DNA from: Planctomycetota bacterium
GTDB taxonomy: Bacteria > Planctomycetota > UBA1135 > UBA2386
Reading direction: 5' to 3'
DNA: 64,000 bases
Assembly: GCA_965223545.1 (NCBI GenBank)
Contig: OZ245006.1
Coordinates: 3,008,001 to 3,072,000, forward strand
Shown here: positions 55,927-64,000 of the stretch, in pieces
Layout of the letters: each line of letters opens with the position of its first letter
How positions within the stretch are numbered: the first letter of the stretch is position 1
Notes under the pieces: generated by a model
What the model saw: only the letters and a program-made list of their open reading frames with translations
The model's database searches: none
Told to the model about the DNA's origin: nothing
Made by a program: the position numbers and the translations under genes

Positions 55927-58077
55927 ATGCGTGTCGCCGTCGCGGTCGCCACTGCCGGTCTCTTGGCCGCCGGTGCCGCAGCCCAACGGGTCGCCTGCCT
56001 GGGCGACTCGATCACCGCCGGTGCCCGGCTCGGCGACCCCGAGCGCCAGGGCTACGCGGCTCGTTTGGCGTGGCATCTCGGCGACGGTGCCCAGGTCGAG
56101 GCCTTCGGCGTCGGCGGCGCCACTTTGCTGCGCGCCACCGACCGCCCCTACAGCCGATCGGCGGAGTTCGCCGCCGCCCTCGATTGGCGACCGGACGTCG
56201 CCGTCGTCTTGCTCGGCACGAACGATACCTGCCTTGACGAGCGGCGCCGGTGCTGGCAACACCAGCGAGACCTCGAACGCGACACAATGGCGATCGTCAG
56301 CGACCTGCTCGAAGGCAACCCGCAAATGCGCGTCCTGCTGTGCAGCCCACCGGCGATGTTCGCCGACGCCAGCGGCCTGCCCGCGGCTCGCGCCGAAGAC
56401 CTGCGGCGGCGAGCCGCGCGCTTGCCCCGCGTGCGCGAGGCCCTGTGGGCCACCGCCCGTTTTTCCGGCTGCGAGTATCACGACCTCACACGCTGCCTCG
56501 AGCCCGGCGATACCAGCGACGGCGTCCACCCGACGCCACTGGGGGCCAATGCCTTGGCTGCCCGCGTCGCCGAGCTGGTGCGCGCCCGCCCCGCCCCGAG
56601 GCTCGCGCTGGACGATCGCATCGCACAGCACGCCGACGCCGTCACACGGAGCGAGTTCCACGACTTCGAGCGCCTCGATTTCACCCTCCGAAACTCCGGG
56701 GCACGCTGCATCCTGGTGCGCCCTCACGTCGCAGAAGAGGGCTACCCGTGGTTGTGGCGGGCCCGCTTCTTCGGCCACCAGCCGGCCCTCGACCTGGAGT
56801 TGCTCGACCGCGGCTTCCATCTCGCCTACTGCGACGTCGCCGGTCTCTACGGCGCGCCGGCCTCCACCGAGCGGTGGCGCGCGTTCCACGCGTTCGCCAC
56901 GCGGCTCGGTCTCAACCGGCGGCCCGTGCTGCTCGGCATGAGCCGCGGCGGGCTGCCGGCGCTCACCTTCGCCGCGGCGGAACCAGACCTCGTCGCCGCG
57001 CTCTATCTCGACAACCCCGTCTGTGATCTGCGCTCCTGGCCCGGCGGGCGCAACGGCAGGCGATCGGCCGCCGACTGGACGGCCAGCCTCCGGGCCTGGG
57101 ATCTGCGCGAAGCGGACGCGTGGCAGCGCGACGCGGTGGCGCTGGAGTCCTTGCCGCAGATCGCCTCCGCGCGGATCCCACTCCATTTGGTGGTCGGTGA
57201 GGCGGACACCGTGGTGCCGCCAGCGGAGAACGGCCATCGATTGGCGGCGCGCTACGCCGAGCTCGGCGGCCCGGTCACGCGCTGGCTGAAGCCCGGCTCT
57301 GGCCACCACCCCCACGGACTCCACCCACCGGCCCCGTTGCGGCGCGCGTTGCTGCGCAGCTGCGGGCTCGGCGACAACCCCGCGGCCCGACCGCTGCCTT
57401 CCGCCGAGTACCGCGGCCGCGCCGCCGGCTGGGGTGACGGCACGTGGTGGCAGCAGCTGGGACGCATGCGCGCCACCGTGCAGCAGGGCGATGGAGTCGA
57501 CATCGCTTTCCTCGGCGACTCGATCACCCAAAGCCTGACCGGTGCTGCCGACCGCTGGGCAAGACCCGACGGCCAGCGCGCGATCGATGCCGCCTTCGGC
57601 GCACGCCGCACGGTCGACCTCGGTCTGTCCGGAGACCGCACCGAGCATCTCTTGTTCCGCATCGAGCACGGTGCCCTGTCGCTCTGCGACCCTCGGGTCA
57701 TCGTGCTGCAGATCGGCGCCAACAACATCAACGCCGCCGGCCACTCCGCCGCCGAGACCGCCGAGGGAATCCTCGCCGTCCTCGACCTCCTGCAGGGGCG
57801 GGAGCCGCAGGCCCGGGTCCTGGTGTGCGGCCCGTTCCCCATCGGCGGCCGGCCGGACGACCCCCGCCGCCGCGCGGTCGATGCGGTGCACTCGGCGCTC
57901 GCGGCGGCGCAGCTCCCCGAGACCGTCCTCTATCTGGATCTGCGCCGGCTGTTCGTCGACGAAGACGGCAGCGCCACCGAGAGTTTGGCATCCGACCACC
58001 TACACATCACGGCCGCCGGGCAGGCCCACTGGATGCACGCGATCTCGGCCACCGTGCACGACTGGCTGCAGGGTTGA
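55927..58077 (+). CDS. Secreted three-domain esterase: SGNH/GDSL, alpha/beta hydrolase, SGNH/GDSL
   Basis: Domain 1: GDSIT, GTND, DGVH. Domain 2: GMSRG and HHPHG. Domain 3: GDSIT, GANN, DHLH. Signal peptide present. Confidence 0.85.
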   Translation: MRVAVAVATAGLLAAGAAAQRVACLGDSITAGARLGDPERQGYAARLAWHLGDGAQVEAFGVGGATLLRATDRPYSRSAEFAAALDWRPDVAVVLLGTNDTCLDERRRCWQHQRDLERDTMAIVSDLLEGNPQMRVLLCSPPAMFADASGLPAARAEDLRRRAARLPRVREALWATARFSGCEYHDLTRCLEPGDTSDGVHPTPLGANALAARVAELVRARPAPRLALDDRIAQHADAVTRSEFHDFERLDFTLRNSGARCILVRPHVAEEGYPWLWRARFFGHQPALDLELLDRGFHLAYCDVAGLYGAPASTERWRAFHAFATRLGLNRRPVLLGMSRGGLPALTFAAAEPDLVAALYLDNPVCDLRSWPGGRNGRRSAADWTASLRAWDLREADAWQRDAVALESLPQIASARIPLHLVVGEADTVVPPAENGHRLAARYAELGGPVTRWLKPGSGHHPHGLHPPAPLRRALLRSCGLGDNPAARPLPSAEYRGRAAGWGDGTWWQQLGRMRATVQQGDGVDIAFLGDSITQSLTGAADRWARPDGQRAIDAAFGARRTVDLGLSGDRTEHLLFRIEHGALSLCDPRVIVLQIGANNINAAGHSAAETAEGILAVLDLLQGREPQARVLVCGPFPIGGRPDDPRRRAVDAVHSALAAAQLPETVLYLDLRRLFVDEDGSATESLASDHLHITAAGQAHWMHAISATVHDWLQG

Positions 58078-58138
58078 AGTCCGGGGTCTTGCTCGACCCG
58101 GCCACCGACCGAAGAATCAGGAACGCGCGACCGCAACC

Positions 58139-59320
58139 ATGCCGACCGAGACCGAAATCCGCGAAGCAGCCGCCTTCGGCCTGGACTTGGATTGGGAGCG
58201 CAAGGATCGGGAGGTCGGCGAGATCTCCGAGCGCTACGACGAGGTCCGCGAGCTCGACGACGGTTTCGAGTTTCGCTACCCGGGCGGCGACCAATGGGCC
58301 ACCGACCTGAGCCGGGTGCAGCAGTTTCTGCAGCGCCACTATCCGTACTTCGACATCGAGCTGCGGCGCGGCGCGAACGACGCGCCCCACTGGCTGCGGA
58401 TCACCGGACCGGACGACGCGAAGTCGGTCCTGCAGCAGGGGCTGGATTACGCCGACGGCACAGCCACCCGCGATGGCTCCGAGATCCCGAGCTTGCGCGA
58501 ACGGCTGCTCGGCTTGGGACCGCGCTATCTGAGTGCACCGCTGCGGATGTTGCCCGACTTCCTCGTCATCGGCGCAGCCAAGGCCGGCACGACCTCGCTG
58601 TACTCCTATCTCTCGGGTCATCCGGCGATCGGCGCTGCGTTCCGCAAGGAGCTCTACTTCTTCGACATGAAGTGGTCGCGCGGCATCAACTACTACCGCG
58701 CCCGGTTCCCCACCATCGCCCAGAAACGACGCCACGAACGCCGCCACGGCAGCCCGTTCATCACGGGCGAGGCCACGCCGTGCTACATGTTCCACCCGCA
58801 CGCAGCAAGGCGCGCCCGCGCGACCGTGCCGCATGCCAAGCTGATCGTGTCACTGCGCGATCCCGCCGAGCGGGCGTACTCGCACTACTGCATGAACGCG
58901 CGCCGCGGAGTCGAGACGCTGTCCTTCGAAGAGGCGATCGAGCGGGAGCCCGAGCGCCTGCACGGCGAGCTCGAGCGCATGCGGGAAGACGAGCACTACT
59001 TCAGCCTCAAACGACACTACTGCGCATACCTGGCGCGCGGAGTCTACGCCGATCAACTGCAGTCGTGGCTCGAGCACTTTCCGCGCGACCAGCTCCTGGT
59101 GCTGACCAACAGTCAGCTCAAGCGCGACCGGCAGCGCACGCTGGCGAGGGTGCAGGAGTTTCTCGGACTGCCAATCCGCGAGCTGCCGGACACGGGCAGG
59201 CGCAACTTCATCCCGTACCCCGCGATCGAACCGCACATGGCGCGCCGGTTGCGCGACTACTTCGCGCCGCACGACGAGCGACTGCATGCGTTGCTCGGCG
59301 AACGCCCGGATTGGCTGTGA
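58139..59320 (+). CDS. PAPS-dependent sulfotransferase with an extra N-terminal domain
   Basis: 5'-PSB LPDFLVIGAAKAGTTSL, KELYFF, GEATPCY and 3'-PB LRDPAERAYSHY. Start reassigned to ATG 58139. Confidence 0.9.
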   Translation: MPTETEIREAAAFGLDLDWERKDREVGEISERYDEVRELDDGFEFRYPGGDQWATDLSRVQQFLQRHYPYFDIELRRGANDAPHWLRITGPDDAKSVLQQGLDYADGTATRDGSEIPSLRERLLGLGPRYLSAPLRMLPDFLVIGAAKAGTTSLYSYLSGHPAIGAAFRKELYFFDMKWSRGINYYRARFPTIAQKRRHERRHGSPFITGEATPCYMFHPHAARRARATVPHAKLIVSLRDPAERAYSHYCMNARRGVETLSFEEAIEREPERLHGELERMREDEHYFSLKRHYCAYLARGVYADQLQSWLEHFPRDQLLVLTNSQLKRDRQRTLARVQEFLGLPIRELPDTGRRNFIPYPAIEPHMARRLRDYFAPHDERLHALLGERPDWL

Positions 59321-59330
59321 GCCGAGCCGG

Positions 59331-62300
59331 TCACCCCGAATCGCCGCCGTCCATGGTCGCCGCCCAACGGGCGACTTCGGCGTAGGCCGCCAAGTCGGCA
59401 ACCGTCGGCGACTCGATGATCGTCGCCAGCGGTACCGTCAGCTCCAGCTTGTCTTTCAGGCGACCGATCAGCCGATGGCCGAGCAGTGAGTCGAAGCCGA
59501 GGTCGAAGAAGTTGTCGAGCACCCCGACGCGATCGAGTGCCAGCAGCTCCTGCAAGATCTCGGCGATGTCGCGCTCGAGGTCGTTGCGCGGTGCGGTGTA
59601 TTCCTGCGCCAGCTCCGGCCGGCCGTGGGTCGCCAGTGCCGGCGCGTCACCATCGGTCGGTGGAGCGTTGTCGATGGGTGCGCGCGCGCGCGTCCGGCGC
59701 GTCTGCAAGTCGGTCGTCGAAACGACCACCTGGCGGTACGGCTGCGCCAGAATGCGCACCAACGCCGGCGCTGCCTCGTCGCCTCGGATGGCGTCGCCGA
59801 GCCGGCGCTCGCGCTCTTGGCGCTGCGCTTCGGTTTCGTCCGGTGGCGCCAGCTCGACGGCGAAGCCTACGTCGGCGAACGCATCCCAGTCGACCGCGAC
59901 CCACGGCGCGCCCATCCGGTGAGCCAACGCATCGAGCACGGCATTGGCGCCGGCGTAGTCGGCGAAGCCGACGCCGCCGATCACCGTGCTCAAAGACGAC
60001 ACCAGCACGGCGAAGTCGAGCGGCGCGTCGCCGAGCGCATCGGCCAAGGCGAACGCTCCCGCCACCTTGGCTTCGCCGACATCCGCAGCCTGGGCGGGCG
60101 ACAACGACGGCAAGGGATGGTGTGCGATCGCCCCAGCGGCGTGCACGATCCCGTGCAGCGCGCCGTGCTCCGCGCGGACGCGGGCGAGCAACGCACGGGC
60201 CGCCGCCGGATCGGCAAGGTCGACTTGTTGGGTCCGCACCGTGGCACCGCGATCGCGCAGTGCACGCACCACCGCCACTCGGCGCTGGACCCGCGCGTCG
60301 GCGCCGGCCCACTGTGCCTCTGGCGGCAGCTCGGACCGACCGGCGAGCACGATCGTGACCCCCGGCGCGGCGAGCGCCTGTGCTAGCGATCCGCCGACGC
60401 CGCCGAGACCGCCGGTCACCAAGTAGACGCCGTTGTCGCGGGGACGCCACGCGGTCGACGGCACCTCGTAGGGCGCGTAATCGCGCACCCAGCGCGCACC
60501 ACCCCGCAGCGCGACCGCGTCGGCCGCGCCGCCGGCGCAAGCCTCGCGCAGCACTTCCGCAGCGGCACGATCCGGCTCGGGATCGCGCTCGAGATCGACA
60601 CTCCACGCCCGCGCACCGCCGAGCTCTTGACCGAACACGAGTGCGGCGCCGAACACCGCCGCGCGCTCGGGATCTTCGACTGCGCAGCCGGCAGCCTCGC
60701 GCAGGGCATCGGTCACGACCACGAGATCCGCCTCCGCGTTGGCCGCGTCGACCGCCGCAGCCACGGTGGCGAAGCTGCGCCACCACGCGGCAGCATCGGT
60801 GGGGGCGTCGCCACCGCGCAGGCCACCGAGATGGAGGACGACGATGCGGTCCACACCCCGCTCGCGGAGCTCGGCGAGCGAGGCGTCGGCCGCGGCGCGC
60901 TCGACGTCCAGCGAGTCGCGGCGCAACGGCTCACCGGCCGCGGACAGCTGGCGGTGCACGGCCGCAGCCACCGAACCGCCAGCGTCCAGCAGCCACCACC
61001 CCCGCCGGAGCGAGCGCTCCGCGGGCACGGCGGCGGGCCGCCAGACCGGCACCGAAAACCACTCGGGCAGCGGACGCCGCCCCGCCTGCGCCGGCACCGC
61101 GGCCGGCGCACCGGTGTCGGCGTCGATCCAGTACCGGGTGCGGGCAAAGGGATAGGTCGGCAGGGAGACCCGGCGCACCGGTGCCTCACCGTGCGTTGCG
61201 CGCCAGTCCAGCGCGACGTCCGCGAGCCACAGCCGCGCCGCCGCCGCAAACAACGCCTCGCCGTCCGACACCGTGTCCTGCGGGTGCCGCATCGAGCTCA
61301 CCACCACCCGGCCGGCAACTCCCTGCTGCTTCGACAGCGCGCTCAGCGTCTGCCCCGGGCCGACTTCCAGCAGCACCAGCCCCTCCTCCGCCAACAGCCT
61401 GCCCACGCCATCCGCGAAGCGCACCGCGTGCCGCAGGTTGCGTCCCCAATACTCCGGCGCCTGCCAGTCCTCGGCCGCGATCCAGTCCCCCGTCACCGTC
61501 GACACACACCGCGCACCGGCCGGTTGTCGAGAAACCGCCGCCACCGCCCGCTCGAACTCCGCGACGATCGACTCCATCATCGACGAGTGGAACGCGTGGC
61601 TCGTGTGCAGCGGCCGGCACGGCAGGTCGCGCTCCGACAGCTCCGCCTCCAACGCCGACACGGCGGCGTGCGGGCCCGACACCACGCACGAACGCGGCCC
61701 GTTCACCGCGGCCAGCGACAGCTCACCGCCGGAAGCTCGCTGCCCGAGCAGCGCTCCAACCTCCGCCTCGCCCAGCGGCACGCTCAGCATCGCGCCACCC
61801 GGCAGCGCCTGCATCAACCGGCCCCGCAGCGCGACCAGCGCCAGCGCGTCCGACAGCTCGAACACACCCGCCAACGTCGCCGCCACGAACTCGCCGATGC
61901 TGTGGCCCAAGAACGCCGACGGCACCACGCCGAACGACCGCCACAGCTCCGCCAGCGCGTACTCCACCGCGAAGATCGCCGGCTGCGTCCATCGGGTCTG
62001 CTGCAGCCGCTCGGCGTCTTCCGCCGACGGCGACGCCGGATACAGCAGCGCGCGCAGGTCTCCCTCCAGGTGCGGTTGCAGCAGCTCGGCGCACCGGTCC
62101 AGCGCGGCGCGGAACACCGGGTAGCCGTCGTACAGCGACCGCCCCATGCCGACGTACTGCGCGCCCTGTCCGGGGAACAAGAACGCGACCCGCGCCTCAC
62201 CGTCGCCCCGCGCTCCCGCCAGCACGCGCTTGGCATCCCCGCCGGCCAGCAGCTCGGCCGCGTCGGCGGCATCGCGCACCACCAGCGCGCGCCGGTGCGC

Positions 62301-64000
62301 CAGCCCCGAACGGCTCGCCTGCGTGGTCCACGCCACGTCTTGCAAACCCTGCTCCGGGTGCGTGCGCAGGTGCGCCGCCAACCGCGCCGACATCTCGTCC
62401 AGCGCCGCCACCGTGTGCGCCGACAGCGTCAACACCTCGCATTCGCGCGTCGCGTCGGCCGGCACCGGCCGCGCCGGCGCCTCCTCCAGCACGGCGTGCG
62501 CGTTCGTCCCGCCGAAGCCGAACGCGCTGACCGCGGCGCGCCGCGGCCGTGCACCGCGCGGCCAGGACCGCAGCGCGGCGTTGACGAAGAACGGCGAGCC
62601 CGCGAAGTCGATCTCCGGATTGGGCCGCTCGTAGTGCAGCGTCGGCGGGATCTCCTCCCGCTCGAGCGCCAGCACTGCCTTGATGAAACCCGCGACCCCT
62701 GCCGCGGCATCGGTGTGCCCGAGGTTGGACTTGACCGCGCCGAGCGCACAGGCTTGCGCATCCGGCGCCCCGCCGGCGCGAAACGCGCGGGACAGCGCGG
62801 CGATCTCGATCGGATCGCCGAGGGGCGTCGCCGTGCCATGGCATTCGACGTAGCCGATGCTCGTCGCATCGACACCCGCGTCCATCTGCGCCGCGGCGAT
62901 GACCTTGGCCTGCCCATCGACACTGGGCGCGGTGAAGGCGACCTTGTTGCTGCCGTCGTTGTTCAGTGCGCCGCCGCGCACCACGGCGCGGATCGGATCG
63001 CCATCGCGGAGCGCGTCGGCGAGGCGCTTGAGCAGCACGACGCCGGCTCCCTCGCCACCCAGGGTCCCCGCCGCCCGCGCGTCGAAGGGCCGGCAGTGGC
63101 CATCGGGCGAGAAGATCATGCCCTCCTGATAGAGGTAGCCGATCGTGCGCGGGCACGCGATGGAGACCCCGCCGGCCAGCGCCATGTCGCACTCGTAGCC
63201 GCGCAGACTGCTGCAGGCCTGGAGGATCGCGACCAACGACGTCGAGCACGCGGTCTGCACCTCCACGGCCGGCCCTTGCAGGTCGAGCTTGTAGGCGACC
63301 CGGGTCGCCAGCGCGCCGCCTCCATAGCTGAACAGGGCGAGCTGAAACGCGTCCGCGGATTCGGCGAACGCGCGATTGCGGAGCACGTTGTTGCTGAAGT
63401 ACGTGTTCGGCCCGCATCCCGCGAAGACACCGACCGAGCCGGCACCGCGCGGACCGTAGCCCGCGTCCTCGAGCGCGGCCCAACAGCACTCGAGCAGGAA
63501 CCGGTGCTGCGGGTCCATGGCCTCGGCCTCGCGCGCGGGGATCGCGAACAAGCCGGCATCGAACAGGTCGACGTCGTCGAGCACCGCACGCGCTTTGACG
63601 TAGGCCGGATCAGCCAGCCGCTCGGCGGGTTCACCGGCAGCCAGCAGCTCGTCGTCGGAGAACCAGGAGATGCCTTCGCGACCGTCGCGCAGCATTTGCC
63701 AGTATGCGTCGACGTCGGGTGCCTTGGGAAAGCGCGCCGCGATGCCGATCACCGCGATCGCCTCGCCGTCCGCCGCCGCATCGCCCCGGCGGACAAGCCG
63801 CGCGCGCACCGCCGCGAACGCGTCCTCCTCCCCATCGCCGCCCCGCAGGTGCGCCGCCATCGCGCCCACCGTCGGATACTGGAACACCTCCGCGATCGAC
63901 AGCTCCACGCCACAGCGCTCCGCCAAACGCCGCCGCAGCTGCACGATCAGCAGCGAGTGGCCACCCAGGTCGAAGAAGTTGTCGCCGCGCCCGACCCGCT
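59331..64000 (-). CDS. Second hybrid NRPS-PKS, 5'-partial: ...PCP-KS-AT(malonyl)-KR-ACP, no TE
   Basis: Frame is open to the window end through [12 protein letters not shown] (PCP). KS: QTACSTS, HGTAT, SNLGH. AT: GHSIG and [15 protein letters not shown] and YAGAN. ACP: LGFDSL. Confidence 0.93.
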   Translation of the reverse strand, partial: RVGRGDNFFDLGGHSLLIVQLRRRLAERCGVELSIAEVFQYPTVGAMAAHLRGGDGEEDAFAAVRARLVRRGDAAADGEAIAVIGIAARFPKAPDVDAYWQMLRDGREGISWFSDDELLAAGEPAERLADPAYVKARAVLDDVDLFDAGLFAIPAREAEAMDPQHRFLLECCWAALEDAGYGPRGAGSVGVFAGCGPNTYFSNNVLRNRAFAESADAFQLALFSYGGGALATRVAYKLDLQGPAVEVQTACSTSLVAILQACSSLRGYECDMALAGGVSIACPRTIGYLYQEGMIFSPDGHCRPFDARAAGTLGGEGAGVVLLKRLADALRDGDPIRAVVRGGALNNDGSNKVAFTAPSVDGQAKVIAAAQMDAGVDATSIGYVECHGTATPLGDPIEIAALSRAFRAGGAPDAQACALGAVKSNLGHTDAAAGVAGFIKAVLALEREEIPPTLHYERPNPEIDFAGSPFFVNAALRSWPRGARPRRAAVSAFGFGGTNAHAVLEEAPARPVPADATRECEVLTLSAHTVAALDEMSARLAAHLRTHPEQGLQDVAWTTQASRSGLAHRRALVVRDAADAAELLAGGDAKRVLAGARGDGEARVAFLFPGQGAQYVGMGRSLYDGYPVFRAALDRCAELLQPHLEGDLRALLYPASPSAEDAERLQQTRWTQPAIFAVEYALAELWRSFGVVPSAFLGHSIGEFVAATLAGVFELSDALALVALRGRLMQALPGGAMLSVPLGEAEVGALLGQRASGGELSLAAVNGPRSCVVSGPHAAVSALEAELSERDLPCRPLHTSHAFHSSMMESIVAEFERAVAAVSRQPAGARCVSTVTGDWIAAEDWQAPEYWGRNLRHAVRFADGVGRLLAEEGLVLLEVGPGQTLSALSKQQGVAGRVVVSSMRHPQDTVSDGEALFAAAARLWLADVALDWRATHGEAPVRRVSLPTYPFARTRYWIDADTGAPAAVPAQAGRRPLPEWFSVPVWRPAAVPAERSLRRGWWLLDAGGSVAAAVHRQLSAAGEPLRRDSLDVERAAADASLAELRERGVDRIVVLHLGGLRGGDAPTDAAAWWRSFATVAAAVDAANAEADLVVVTDALREAAGCAVEDPERAAVFGAALVFGQELGGARAWSVDLERDPEPDRAAAEVLREACAGGAADAVALRGGARWVRDYAPYEVPSTAWRPRDNGVYLVTGGLGGVGGSLAQALAAPGVTIVLAGRSELPPEAQWAGADARVQRRVAVVRALRDRGATVRTQQVDLADPAAARALLARVRAEHGALHGIVHAAGAIAHHPLPSLSPAQAADVGEAKVAGAFALADALGDAPLDFAVLVSSLSTVIGGVGFADYAGANAVLDALAHRMGAPWVAVDWDAFADVGFAVELAPPDETEAQRQERERRLGDAIRGDEAAPALVRILAQPYRQVVVSTTDLQTRRTRARAPIDNAPPTDGDAPALATHGRPELAQEYTAPRNDLERDIAEILQELLALDRVGVLDNFFDLGFDSLLGHRLIGRLKDKLELTVPLATIIESPTVADLAAYAEVARWAATMDGGDSG
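61141..62513. repeat. About 1.37-kb near-identical direct repeat, copy 2
   Basis: Matches 40433-41805. Confidence 0.92.
63698..64000. repeat. Direct repeat, copy 2, truncated by the window end
   Basis: Matches 42984-43286. Confidence 0.92.

Noticed and set aside
58139..59320. Sulfotransferase as a curacin/olefin-synthase-type decarboxylative release module
   Set aside because: That chemistry needs an ACP-ST-TE arrangement; this sulfotransferase is stand-alone and no TE is present in the window.
40433..63697. Long direct repeats as ends of a composite transposon or genomic island
   Set aside because: The repeats are in-frame coding domains of paralogous genes, and no transposase or integrase lies between them.
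1..64000. CRISPR arrays, tRNA, rRNA, riboswitches and defence systems
   Set aside because: I saw no regularly spaced repeats or recognisable RNA genes, and intergenic gaps are short. Covariance-model searches were not possible, so small RNAs cannot be excluded.

Overview
A GC-rich bacterial window with about 35 protein-coding genes. I found no rRNA, tRNA or CRISPR array. The gene content suggests a Planctomycetota genome, possibly an uncultured OM190-like lineage (inference from an ECF sigma factor fused to a periplasmic extension, a PVC-type CxxCH dehydrogenase, HEAT-repeat proteins and secreted proteins sharing a C-terminal domain). The left half holds the sigma fusion, an M14 carboxypeptidase, a PilV/W/X-like minor pilin trio, a YtrA-GntR/ABC operon with a visible operator, a tandem PilT pair, a class III ADH plus MBL hydrolase, a MITE-like element and two O-antigen-ligase/TPR paralogues. 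The right half (about 38.5-64 kb) is a split biosynthetic locus with no thioesterase in the window. It contains a TubC_N-C-A(Gly)-PCP-KS-AT-KR-ACP hybrid, a second paralogous hybrid running off the window edge, a stand-alone TubC_N-C-A(Gly)-PCP NRPS, an SGNH-alpha/beta-SGNH triple hydrolase and a PAPS sulfotransferase. A porin/binding protein/diheme peroxidase/MCP cassette interrupts the locus. The two hybrids share near-identical DNA over AT and PCP while the KS between them has diverged. The best candidates for novelty are this glycine/malonate/sulfate assembly line beside glycan genes and a C-terminal domain shared by three unrelated secreted proteins. All family calls come from motif recognition; no searches were run.
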